From Heptranchias perlo (taxonomy: Eukaryota): a stretch of DNA of 64,000 bases. Of this stretch, positions 36,561-49,065 are shown piece after piece; position 1 is the stretch's first letter, and every line of letters starts with the position of its first letter. The stretch covers positions 54,126,001 to 54,190,000 of the forward strand of contig NC_090335.1 of assembly GCF_035084215.1 (NCBI RefSeq), given 5' to 3'. The translations under genes and the position numbers were made by a program. The notes beneath the pieces were generated by a model. It had not been told where the DNA came from. It made no database searches and worked only from the letters and a program-made list of their open reading frames with translations.

Positions 36561-39094
36561 CTGGCGAATTTAAATTCAATTAATTAATTAAATTCAATTA
36601 ATTAAAATAAAATCTGGAATTAAAATACTAGTATCAGTAATGATAGCCATGAAACTACCGGATTGTCGTAAAAACCCATCTGGTTCACTAATGCCCTTTA
36701 GGGAAGGAAGCCTGCCGCCCTTACCCGGTCTGGCCTATATGTGACTCCAGACCCACAGCAATGTGGTTGATTCTTAATTGCCCTCTGAAATGGCCTAGCA
36801 AGCCACTCAGTTGTAAAATCTCGCTACGAAAAGTCATAATAAGAATAAAACCACCCGGCATCGGACCACTAGGCACCGGACACGACAACGGCAAAACACC
36901 AAGCCCAGTCGACCCTGCAAGGTCCTCCTTACTAACATCTGGGGACTTGTGCCAATATTGGGAGAGCTGTCACACAGACTAGTCATGCAACAGCCTGACA
37001 TAGCCATACTCACAGAATCATATCTTTCAGCCAACGTCCCAACGTCCCAGACTCTTCCATCACCATCCCTGGGTATGTCCTGTCCCACCGGCAGGACAGA
37101 CCCACCAGAGGTGGCGGTACAGTGATATACAGTCAGGAGGGAGTGGCCCTGGGAGTCCTCAACATTGACTCTGGACCCCATGAAATCTCATGGCATCAGG
37201 TCAAACATGGGCAAGGAAACCTCCTGCTGATTACCACCTACCGTCCTCCCTCAGCTGATGAATCAGTCCTCCTCCATGTTGAACACCACTTGGAGGAAGC
37301 ACTGAGGGTAGCAAGGGCACAAAATGTACTCTGGGTGGGGGACTTCAATGTCCATCACCAAGAGTGGCTCGGTAGCACCACTACTGACCGAGCTGGCCGA
37401 GTCCTGAAGGACATAGCTGCTAGACTGGGCCTGCGGCAGGTGGTGAGCGAACCAACACGAGGGAAAAACTTACTTGACCTCGTCCTCACCAATCTACCTG
37501 TCGCAAATGCATCTGTCCATGACAGTATTGGTAGGAGTGACCACCGCACAGTCCTCGTGGAGATGAAATCCCGTCTTCGCACTGAGGACACCATCCAACG
37601 TGTTGTGTGGCACTACCACCGTGCTAAATGGGATAGATTCAGAACAGATCTAGCAGCTCAAAACTGGGCATCCATGAGGCGCTGTGGGCCATCAGCAGCA
37701 GCAGAATTGTATTCCAGCACAATCTGTAACCTCATGGCCCGGCATATTCCTCACTCTACCATTACCAACCCTGGTTCAACGAGGAGTGTAGAAGAGCATG
37801 CCAGGAGCAGCACCAGGCGTACCGAAAAATGAGGTGCCAACCTGGTGAAGCTACAACTCAGGACTACATGCATGCTAAACAGTGGAAGCAACATGCTATA
37901 GACAGAGTTAAGCGATTCCACAACCAACGGATCAGATCAAAGCTCTGCAGTCCTGCCACATCCAGTCGTGAATGGTGGTGGACAATTAAACAACTAACGG
38001 GAGGAGGAGGCTCTGCAAACATCCCCATTCTCAATGATGGCGGAGTCCAGCACGTGAGTGCAAAAGACAAGGCTGAAGCGTTTGCAACCATCTTCAGCCA
38101 GAAGTGCCGAGTGGATAATCCATCTCAGCCTCCTCCCGATATCCCCACCATCACGGAAGCCAGTCTTCGGCCAATTCGATTCACTCCACGTGATATCAAG
38201 AAACGGCTGAGTGCACTGGATACAGCAAAGGCTATGGGCCCCGACAACATCCCAGCTGTAGTGCTGAAGACTTGTGCTCCAGAACTAGCTGCGCCTCTAG
38301 CCAAGCTGTTCCAGCACAGCTACAACACTGGCATCCACCCGACAATGTGGAAAATTGCCCAGGTATGTCCTGTCCACAAAAAGCAGGACAAATCCAATCC
38401 GGCCAATTACCGCCCCATCAGTCTATTCTCAATCATCAGCAAAGTGATGGAAGGTGTCGTCGACAGTGCTATCAAGCGGCACTTACTCACCAATAACCTG
38501 CTCACCAATGCTCAGTTTGGGTTCCGCCAGGACCACTCGGCTCCAGACCTCATTACAGCCTTGGTCCAAACATGGACAAAAGAGCTGAATTCCATAGGTG
38601 AGGTGAGAGTGACTGCCCTTGACATCAAGGCAGCATTTGACCGAGTGTGGCACCAAGGAGCCCTAGTAAAATTGAAGTCAATGGGAATCAGGGGGAAAAC
38701 TCTCCAGTGGCTGGAGTCATACCTAGCACAAAGGAAGATGGTCGTGGTTGTTGGAGGCCAATCATCTCCGCCCCAGGGCATTGCTGCAGGAGTTCCTCAG
38801 GGCAGTGTCCTAGGCCCAACCATCTTCAGCTGCTTCATCAATGACCTTCCCTCCATCATAAGGTCAGAAATGGGGATGTTCGCTGATGACTGCACAGTGT
38901 TCAGTTCCATTCGCAACCCCTCAGATAATGAAGCAGTCCGAGCCTGCATGCAGCAAGACCTGGACAACATCCAGGCTTGGGCTCATAAGTGGCAAGTAAC
39001 ATTCGCGCCAGATAAGTGCCAGGCAATGAACATCTCCAACAATTGTAAACAATTTTACAACACCAAGTTATAGTCCAGCAATTTTATTTTAAAT

Positions 39095-39131
39095 TCACAA
39101 GCTTTCGGAGGCTTCCTCCTTCGTCAGGTGA
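39095..39131 (-). ncRNA. Minimal type I hammerhead ribozyme motif (mirror copy)
   Basis: Exact reverse complement of 39144-39180. Confidence 0.75.
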
Positions 39132-39143
39132 ACGATGTGAAAA

Positions 39144-39180
39144 TCACCTGACGAAGGAGGAAGCCTCCGAAAGCTTGTGA
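39144..39180 (+). ncRNA. Minimal type I hammerhead ribozyme motif
   Basis: UCAC-CUGACGA-A-GGAGG-AAG-CCUCC-GAA-AGCU-U-GUGA: stem I UCAC/GUGA, CUGANGA and GAAA core, stem II GGAGG/CCUCC, palindromic AGCU stem III. Confidence 0.75.
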
Positions 39181-40027
39181 ATTTAAAATAAAATTGCTGG
39201 ACTATAACTTGGTGTTGTAAAATTGTTTACAATTGTCAACCCCAGTCCATCACCGGCATCTCCACATCATCTCCAACAAGAGAGAGTCTAACCACCTCCC
39301 CTTGACATTCAACGGCAGTACCATCGCCGAATCCCCCACCATCAACATCCTGGGGGTCACCATTGACCAGAAACTTAACTGGACCAGCCATATAAATACT
39401 GTGGCTACGAGAGCAGGTCAGAGGCTGGGTATTCTGCGGCGAGTGACTCACCTCCTGACTCCCCAAAACCTTTCCACCATCTACAAGGCACAAGTCAGGA
39501 GTGTGATGGAATACTCTCCACTTGCCTGGATGAGTGCAGCTCCAACAACACTCAAGAAGCTCGACACCATCCAAGATAAAGCAGCCCGCTTGATTGGCAC
39601 CCCATCCACCACCCTAAACATTCACTCCCTTCACCACCGGCGCACTGTGGCTGCAGTGTGTACCATCCACAGGATGCACTGCAGCAACTCGCCAAGGCTT
39701 CTTCGACAGCACCTCCCAAACCCGCGACCTCTACCACCTAGAAGGACAAGGGCAGCAGGCGCATGGGAACAACACCACCTGCACGTTCCCCTCCAAGTCA
39801 CACACCATCCCGACTTGGAAATATATCGCCGTTCCTTCATTGTCGCTGGGTCAAAATCCTGGAACTCCCTTCCTAACAGCACTGTGGGAGAACTGTCACC
39901 ACACGGACTGCAGCGGTTCAAGAAGGCGGCTCACCACCACCTTCTCGAGGGCAATTAGGGATGGGCAATAAATGCTGGCCTTGCCAGCGACGCCCACATC
40001 CCGTGAACGATTAAAAAAAAATACATG

Positions 40028-40726
40028 GGGCCAGAATTTACTGTAAGTGGCGAATGAACGATGCCAGCCATTCGTTAGACTTGCACTTGCCCAAACAATT
40101 TCTATGGCGTTTTGCTCTGCAAGTTGCTGTCAACGGGACAGCCAAATTGTGCGACGCCCTCTACAGGGCATCTGTGATCTGTGTGAACAGGGAAAGCAAC
40201 TGTGTATCTCCTTAACCAATCAGATTGAAGAATAGTTAATAACAGCAGAGTCTGAACCCGGATGTGGAATTTAGAATAGTGAATTCAATGTCAAATCAGG
40301 TACAGAAAGCGAAATAAAGAGACCCAAAGACAGATTGGATTAAGAGACAGAGATAAAAGAGATAGAAAGCTAGAAGAATAATTTATTTTAATTTTTTTTA
40401 AATCTCCAACAATAATTAAAAGCTGAAGGAATGAGACTCCACATTTGCAAAAGTAAATTTTCAGTGTCGGAGAGGTTGTTTGGCAGTAATTAAGACTTAC
40501 CGTACCGTTTAAAGGGTGCTTAGACTGGAATGGACAAGCCCTAACTTTTTGTGGTGAGTTTGGTCAGTATCTACCAACTAAGTATGAGAACTTCATGCCA
40601 TTCAACGTATTTGATTTCCGTGTTCAGCTGCGCATGTGCGCTCGCCTGAAGTTGCTGTCCGAATTGGGAATGAATAACAGTGATCGCTGTTAGTCTCACC
40701 GTTATCTTCACAGTAAATTCTGGGCC
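40028..40726. mobile_element. PIF/Harbinger-type non-autonomous element
   Basis: TIRs GGGCCAGAATTTACTGT / ACAGTAAATTCTGGGCC, 3-bp TSD ATG; same family as 60943-62199. Confidence 0.8.
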
Positions 40727-40773
40727 ATGGTTTCGAGACACAAAATCACAGTTTGTGCAAAAGCAGAGTTTAC

Positions 40774-43700
40774 CATAAGAAATAGGAGCAGGAGTAGGCT
40801 ATACAGCCCCTCGAGCCTGCTCCGACATTCAATAAGATTATGGCTGATCTTCTACCTCAACTCCACTTTCCTGCCCTATCCCCATATCCCTTAATTCCCT
40901 TAGTGTCCAAAAATCTATCGATCTCAGTCTTGAATATATTCAATGACTGAGCATCCACAGCCCTCTGGGGTAGAGGATTCCAAAGAATCACAACCCTCCA
41001 TGTGAAGAAATTTTTCCTCATCTCGGTCCTAAATGGCCAACCTCTTATCTTGAGATTATGACCTCTAGTTCTAGACTCTCCAGCCAGGGAAACAACCTCT
41101 TAGCATCTACCCTGTCAAGCCCTCTAAGAAATTTATACGTTTCAATGAGGTCACCTCTCATTCTTCTAAACTCCAGAGAATGTAGGCCCATTCTACTCAA
41201 TCTCTCCTCATAGGACATTCCTCTCATCCCTGGAATCAATCTAGTGAACCTTCGTTGCACCCCCTCTAAGGCAAGTGTATCCTTCCTTAGGTAAGGAGAC
41301 CAAAACAGTACACAGTACTCCAGGTGTGGTCTTACCAGAGCCCTATATAATTGCAGCATGACCTCCTTACTGTTATACTACAACCCCCTTGCAATAAAGG
41401 CTAACATACCATTTGCCTTCCTAATTGCTTGCTGTACTTGCATATTAACTTTCTGTGATTCATGTGCAAGGACACCCAAATTCCTCTGACTACCAACATT
41501 TCTTAGTCTCTCACCTTTTAAAAAATATTCTGCTTTTCTATTCTTCCTACCAAAGTGGACAATTTCACTTTTTCCCACATTATACTCCATCTGCCATCTT
41601 CTCGCCCATTCACTTAACCTGTCTTTATCCCTTTGCAGCCTCTTTGCGTCCTCCTCACTGCTTACTTTCCCACCTAGCTTTGTATCGTACATCCAAATCC
41701 TAGTCATTAATATATATCAAGAAAAGCAGTGGTCCCAACACTGACCCCTGGGGAACACCACTGTACACCTCCCTCCAGTCCGAAAAACAACCGTTCACCA
41801 TTACTCTCTGTTTCCTGTTCCTTAGCCAATTCTGTATCCATGTTGCCACTGCCCCCTTTATTCCATGGGCCACAATCTTGATGATAAGCCTACCGTGCGG
41901 CACTTTATCAAACGCCTTTTGAAAGTCCATATACACCACATCAACTGCATTGCCCTCATCTACCCTTTCTGTTAGCTCATCAAAAAACTCTATCAGGTTA
42001 GTTAAACACGATTTGCCTTTAATCTTCAAGGCTGTAATCTCGAGGATGTAACTGGTAGAATAGATAAGGGAGAACCAGTGGATGTGGTTTATTTGAATTT
42101 TCAGAAGGACTTTGATAAAGTCCCACATAAGAGGTTAGTGTGCAAAATTAAAGCACATGGGATTGGGGGTAATATACTGGCATGGATTGAAAATTGGTTA
42201 ACAGACAGGAAACAGAGAATAGGAATAAATGGGTCTTTTTTGAGGTGGCAGACGGTGACTAGTGGGGTACCGCAGGGATCAGTGCTTGGACCCCAGCTAT
42301 TCACAATATAAAGCAATGATTTGGATGAGGGAACCAAATGTAATATTTCCAAGTTTGCTGACGACACAAAACTAGGTGGGATTGTAAGTTGTGAGGAGGA
42401 TGCAAAGAGGCTTCAAGGCGATTTAGACAAGTTGAGTGAGTGGGCAAATACATGGCAGATGCAGTATAATTTGGATAAATGTGAAGTTATCCACTTTGGA
42501 ACGAAATACAGAAGGGCAGAGTATTATTTAAATGGTGATAGATTGGGAAATGTTGATGTACAAAGGGACCTGGGTGTCCTTGTACGCCAGTCACTGAAAG
42601 CAAACATGCAGGTGTAGCAAGCAGTTAGGAAGGCAAATGGTATGTTGGCCTTCATTGCAAGAGGATTTGAGTACAGGAGCAAGGATGTCTTACTGCAGTT
42701 ATACAGGGCCTTGGTGAGACCACACCCGAAGTATTGTGTGCAGTTTTGGTCTCCGTACCTAAGAAAGGATATACTTGCCTTAGAGGGAGTGCAATGAAGG
42801 TTCACCAAACTGATTCCTGGGATGGCAGGACTGTCGAATGAGGAGAGATTGGGTCGACTCAGCCTGTATTCACTCGAGTTTAGAAGAATGAGAGGGGATC
42901 TCTTGAAACATAAAATTCTGACAGGGCTAGACAGACTGGATGCAGGGAGGATGTTTCCTCTGGCTGGGGCGTCTAGAACGAGGGGTCACAGTCTCAGGAT
43001 ATGGTGTAGGACATTTAGGACTAAGATGAGGAGAAATTTCTTCTCTAAGAAGGAGGTGAACCTATGGAATTCTCTACCACAGAAGGCTGTGGAGGCCAAG
43101 TCACTGAATATATTTAAGAAGGAGCTAGATAGATTTCTAGTCACAAAAGGCATCAAGGTGTATGGGGGGAAAGTGGGAATATGGCATTGAGATAGAGTAT
43201 CAGCCATGATCATATTGAACGGTGGAGCGGGCTCAAAGGGCCAAATATGGTTTTGAGATAGAGGATCAGCCATGATCATATTGAATGGTGGAGCAGGCTC
43301 GAAGGGCTGAATGGCCTACTCCTGCTCCTATTTTCTATGTTTCTATGTAATCTTACGATCTGTTTTTATATTTCTTGCTAGTTTACACTCATATTCAATT
43401 TTCTCCCTCTTTATCAATTTCTTGGTCATCCTTTGCTGATTTCTAAAACCCTCCCAATCCTCAGGCTTACTATTTTTGGCAACATTGTAAGTTTCTTATT
43501 TTAATCTAATACTATCCTTAACTTTTCTAGTTAGCCACGATTGGATCACTTTTCCTGTGTAGGTTTTATCCCTCAAGGGAATGTATATTCGTTGAAAATT
43601 ATGAGTTATTTCTTCAAATGTTTGCCATTGCTTATCTACCATCACATCTTTTAATCTAACTTTCTAATCTACCTTAGACAACTCATCCTTCATACCTATG

Positions 43701-44545
43701 TAATTAGCTTTGTTTAAATTTAAGACCCTAGTTTCGGACTTAACTACATCACTCTCAAACTCAATATGAAATTCTATCTGCCCCAGAGGATCCTTAACTA
43801 TAAGATTACTAATTAACCCTGTCTCATTACACAATACTAGATCTAAAATACTCTGTTCCCTTGTTGGTTCCTCGATATATTGTTCTAGAAAACTGTCTTG
43901 AATGCATTCCATGAACTCGACCTCCAAACCACTTTTGCCAATCTAGTTTGCCCATTTTATATGATAATTAAAGTCCCCCATAATTATTGCATTACCCTTG
44001 TTAAATGCTGCTCTAATTTCCTGATTTATACTCAGTCCAACATTATAACTATTGTTAGGGGGGTCTAGAAACTACTCCCACCAGTGTTTTCTGGCCCTTG
44101 TTATTTCTTAGCTCCACCCATCCTGATTTTCTGACCTTAGATCCTTTCTCACTACTGCCTTTATGTCATCCTTTATTATCAGGGCCACCCCCCGCCCGCC
44201 GCACCCCCCATTTCCATTTTGCCTATCTTTTCTAAAAGTCAAGTACCCTGGAATATTTAGTTCCCAGCCATGGTCATGCTTCAACCACGTCTCAGTAATG
44301 GCTACTAGATCAAACCCATTTATCTCTGTGCCATTAATTCATCTATCTTGTTACGAATGCTTTGTGCATTCAGATACAGCACCTTTAATTTTAACTTTTT
44401 ACTATTTTTCCCTGATCTGACCTTAGTGACTAATGCCCTAAAACCTTTGTTAAACTCTCTGCCACTTCCTGACACACTCCACTTGTTTTTACCCAAATCG
44501 CTACTCTGTTCTACAGCCTTGACTTTTCTCTTTCTATTTATATAT
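40774..44545. mobile_element. Nested CR1 cluster (- 40774-42020, + 42040-43348, - 43349-44545)
   Basis: RT ORFs on both strands; EN N-terminus LKVLYLNAQSIRNKIDEL on - near 44330-44400. Confidence 0.9.
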
Positions 44546-44949
44546 TTACCCCATGCTTTGTAACATTTGTGCCAAGATAATTCAGGTTGCAAAATACTGC
44601 AGAGCAGTTCATTATCACTTTGCTCTCGAGTAATTTTTTTTCCCTAAGAACGCAAAACAAGCCATGATAACTCCAGGATATTTTAGTGATAGTGACATTT
44701 GGCTGAAATGCTGAAATGACTATACATTAAGTTAATGGAATATACATTTTGAATTCTCACCATACCGTAATCTTATCAGTTGATACTGCTGCACATATCA
44801 AAGGTTTTGTGGATGCAAGGGATTGTGCAAACATTGTGAAATTTGTCTATGTTTACTCCATTGGGTTAGGCATTAACTTAATCACACCAAGGCTGAAAAC
44901 AAATGAAGTTTGAAATGCATTTACATTTTTAACAGTACATGACACTTTG

Positions 44950-46900
44950 CTTTTGATTGAGTTCTTTGATGAGGTAATGGAGAAGGTTGATGAGGGTAAT
45001 TTTTTTTTATTCGTTCATGGGATGTGGGCATTGCTGGCAAAGCCAGCATTATTGCCCATCCCTAATTGCCCCTGAGAAGGTGGTGATGAGCCGCCTTCTT
45101 CAACCGCTGCAGTCAGTGTGGTGAAGGTTCTCCCACAGTGCTGTTAGGTAGGGAGTTCCAGGATTTTGACCCAGCGACGATGAAGGAACTGCGATATATT
45201 TCCAAGTCGGGATGGTGTGTGACTTGGAGGGGAACATGCAGGTGGTGTTGTTCCCATGCTGCCCTTGTCCTTCTAGGTGGTAGAGGTCGCGGGTTTGGGA
45301 GGTGCTGTCGAAGAAGCCTTGGTGAGTTGCTGCAGTGCATCCTGTGGATGGTACACACTGCAGCCACGGTGAAGGGAGTGAATGTTTAGGGTGGTGGATG
45401 GGGTGCCAATCAAGCGGGCTGCTTTGTCCTGGATGGTGTCGAGCTTCTTGAGTGTTGTTGGAGCTGCACTCATCCAGGCAAGTGGAGAATATCCCATCAC
45501 ACTCCTGACTTGTGCCTTGTAGATAGCGGAAAGGCTTTGGGGAGTCAGGAGGTGAGTCACTCGCCGCAGAATACCCAGCCTCTGACCTGCTCTTGTAGTC
45601 ACAGTATTTATGTGGCCAGTCCAGTTAAGTTTCTGGTCAATGATGACCACCAGGATGTTGATGGTGGGGGATTCGGCGATGGTAATGCCGTTGAATGTCA
45701 AGGGGAGGTGGTTAGACTCTCTCTTGTTGGAGATTGTCATTGCCTGGCACCTGTCTGGCAATGCAGTTGATGTTGTGTAGATGGACTTTCAAAAGGCATT
45801 GGATAAAGTACCACATAACAGACTTGTTAGCAAAATTGAAGCCCGATTAAAGGGGCAGTGGCTGCATGGATACGTAATTGGCTAAGGGACAGAAAGCAGA
45901 GAGTAGTGGTGAACGGTTGTTTTTCAGACTGGAGGGAAGTGAGCAGTGGTGTTCTCCAGGGGTCAGTGTTGGGACCACTGCTCTTTTTGATATAAATTAA
46001 TAACTTGGACTTGGGTGTACAGGGCATAATTTCAAAGTTTGCAGATGACACAAAACTCAGAAATGTAGTAAACAGTGAGGAGGATAGTAACAGACTTCGC
46101 GAGGACATAGACAGACTGTTGAAATGAAAGACAAATGGCAGTTTAAATTTAACGCAGAGAAGCATGAAGTGATTAATTTTGGTAGGTAGAATGAAGAGAG
46201 GCAATATAAACTTAAATAGTACAATTTTAAAGTGAGTGCAGGAACAGAGAGACCTCACGTGTATGTATACAAATCTCTGAAGGTGGCAGGCCAAGTTGAG
46301 AAGGCTGTTAAAAAGGCATACGGCATCCTTGGCTTTATAAATCTTGGCATAGAGTACAAAAGCAAGAAAGTTATGCTAAACTTTTATAAAACACTGGTTA
46401 GGCTCCAGCTGGAGTATTGAGTCCAATTCTGAGCACCATTCTTTAGGAAGGATGTCAAGACATCAGAGAGGGTGCAGAGGAGATATACTAGAATGGTACC
46501 AGAGATGAAAGACTTCAGTTACATGGAAAGACTAGAGAAATTGGGGTTGTTCTCCTTAGAGCAGAGAAGGAGAAGGGGAGATTTGATAGAAGTGTTCAAA
46601 TCATGAAGGGTTTTGATAGAGTAAATAAGGAGAAACTGTTTCCAGTGGCAGAAGGGTCAGTAACCAGAGGACACAGATTTAAGGTAATTGGCAAAGGAAC
46701 CAGAGGCAACATGGGGAAAAAAAATTACACAGCAAATCGTTATGACCTGGGAACTGGATAAATACTTGAAGGGGTGAAATTTGTAGGCCTATGTGGAAAT
46801 AGCAGGGGAGTGGGTCTAATGGGATAGCTCTTTCAAAGAGCCGGCACAGGCATGATGGGCTGAATGGCCTCCTTCTGTCCTGTATCATTCTATGATTCTA
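44950..46900 (+). mobile_element. Degenerate CR1 3' half interrupted by a Zenon-like fragment
   Basis: TTGATTGAGTTCTTTGATGAGGTA...GAGGGTAAT resumes as AATGCAGTTGATGTTGTG after the insertion; ATTCTATGATTCTAT tail. Confidence 0.85.
45001..45757 (-). mobile_element. CR1-Zenon-like LINE 3' fragment
   Basis: ORFs 45273-45761 and 45113-45367; poly-T on + is the A tail. Confidence 0.92.
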
Positions 46901-47284
46901 TAATTCTATAATGACATAAAACTAGTGTGTCCTGAAGATAAAATGGAACGTGACTAGGACTGTCTCCATTTGCCAAGTCCAAAACTATCAAATGAATTGT
47001 AGGATAGGACCGAGGCTTTACTGATGTTGAAAATTTATCAAAAATCTTAATAACCTTAATTATTACTGTCTCCATCTAACAGGGCTCTGAAGTAAGAGGA
47101 AAATTTGATTTTTAATTTTCTGTCCTCTCCTAAAGTATGGCAGGTTAACTAACTAAACAACAATTATTAAGCCAAAAATAAATCTAATAAAATCATTAAC
47201 TAAACATATGTTTCCATAAAAATGTAGTAAGTTGCATAATTATCAACAAGAAGAGAGTGCCTTGAGTGCATTGAGAGAGTGCCT

Positions 47285-47750
47285 TTAACATAGGTGCTTT
47301 TTAGAGGAGTAAGGGGAAAAATGGACACTGAGTCAAAAAAGGTTAGGGTCGGTCGAGCTTGTCGAAGAGCTGGATTTTAAGGAGGAGAGATGTTGGAATT
47401 TAGGGATGAATTTCCAGGGTTGGGTGGCTGAAGGCACAGTCTCCAAAGGTGGGGTGAAGGAAGGCGATGTGCGCAAAAGTGTGAACCGAAAGTTTGGGCA
47501 GGGATTGTAGGGCTGGCGGAGGTTACAGAGATAGGGAAGGGTGTGGCCACGGAGGGATAGAAAAAAAACAATTAGAATTTTAAATTTCAGGCACTGGGGA
47601 ACAGAAGCCAATCTAGGTCTGGAGGACAGGGGTGATGGGTGAGCGTGACTGGGTTCGGGATAGGATATGGGCAGCAGAGTTTTGGAAAAGCTGATGTTTG
47701 AGGAGTTTGGAATAGCAGGTTGGTTAGAAAAGCATTGGACTAATCAAGTC
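47285..47750 (-). mobile_element. Degenerate L2 3' fragment
   Basis: ORF 47333-47611 LKFKILI...HTLPYLCNLRQPYNP. Confidence 0.65.
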
Positions 47751-49065
47751 TTTTGGCTCCTCCTGGCTTCACATTAAAACTGCAGGCCGCTGCCAGCCAC
47801 CGCTCTCCCCACCTCTTGGTCTCTCCCCACCCACCCCCACACTGGACTCAACATGGGCCCAGTGCTGGTGCCCCCATCAGCAGACTTTGTTCCTCTCCAT
47901 GAATAGTGTACTGCCTTTTGGGATGTGATTAACACGTCCAGTGCACAGGTTGGGTCCAGATGATATAAAAGGAACAATTTTGTGTGGTTCTCTTGCCTAT
48001 CAGTTTTAACACAACGGCTCGCAGCCACCATTGGGTTCGTGCCAGAAGTCAGGTGCTAACCAATATCTAGACTGATCAATCCGACACCGTTCGCACCAGT
48101 TCTTATCCAGTAAGAACAGAATTGCAGCAATACAGAAAAATCGGAGCCAATCTTTTTTTCAGAGAGGCTCCTTTTTAAGGTATTTTTCTCTCTTAGCTCT
48201 TTTTGGCACCCCTGCATCGGCCACCATCCGCACCCAGTAAACTAGGTGGGGGGCACTGCCATTCTAAATTTAGAGATGAGAGGGGAAAATTGTCAAGAAA
48301 AGATATTTAAATAATAAGTAATTTGTACTGTATCACAAATCTGTTCAGCTTGGAGAGTAACATTTTAAATTCACCGAATCAAACTATTTGCAGTGTCATT
48401 GGAAAGACTCTGTCATATGAACCTGCACCTTAAATCAAAGTCCAGCACTAAAGATTACACCATGGCATAACTTTAACATGCTTACAGATTTAGTAACATT
48501 TAAAACTAGTTTACTTACATTTTCTAGTCTTCTCTCAGTGCTCTTTATCTTGCAGTTTCTTTTAGCTTTTCATTTATGTTTCTATTGCTTCCTGAAGATT
48601 TTTCTTTGAGGACATCATTGAATACACCTGCGAAACTCACCGGGTAACTTTGCACTTAAAAAATTTAAGGTGGAGTTACCACTGTAATAAAACAAAACTC
48701 CAAAGGCTAGCAACGCAACTAATCTTGTGTATACAGGGAAGTGTAGCAGAGCACGGATTATCAATCATGGCTAGGATCAACAGGTTTTGAAGTTACGTCA
48801 TGAACAATTAATATGCATCTATTAAGCTTCTTCCTCTTCTATTTTAAGGAAAATGTTCACCCACTTAAAATATAGGGATTAGTGAGTCCATTGAAATAGT
48901 GGAGAAAGTAATTTTGTACAAAAGTTGTTCACTAGTATTCTGAGTCGAATTTCAAGACATCAGAGTTTAAAGAAAGGAAGCTAGAAAAACATGCATTTTG
49001 AATTTTTGGGCTCTGCTGCTGTGATTTTGCTGGAATTGCGGTGGAAACCCCATTTAGAAGGAAAA

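Larger units (their letters stand above)
39043..39267 (+). mobile_element. Penelope-like fold-back mini-element, copy 3 (perfect 93-bp inverted repeat)
   Basis: Arms 39039-39131 and 39144-39236 are exact reverse complements around a 12-nt loop; shared tail to 39267; 12-bp TSD CATCTCCAACAA (39031-39042 / 39268-39279). Confidence 0.92.
36468..40021 (+). mobile_element. Full-length single-ORF LINE (CR1-Zenon-like, APE+RT) with tRNA-derived 5' head
   Basis: EN motifs (TNIWGL, ILTESYL, YRPP, GDFNVHH, LDLVL, SDH), RT motifs ([32 protein letters not shown]), stop at 39958, AATAAA and A tail. Lesions: 8-bp duplication ~37031-37048, frameshift ~37768, insertion 39043-39267. Confidence 0.93.

Noticed and set aside
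39039-39236. Pre-miRNA gene, terminator or CRISPR-like repeat
   Set aside because: TSD, shared tail and sister copies show it is a mobile insertion; no repeat-spacer structure; eukaryotic context.
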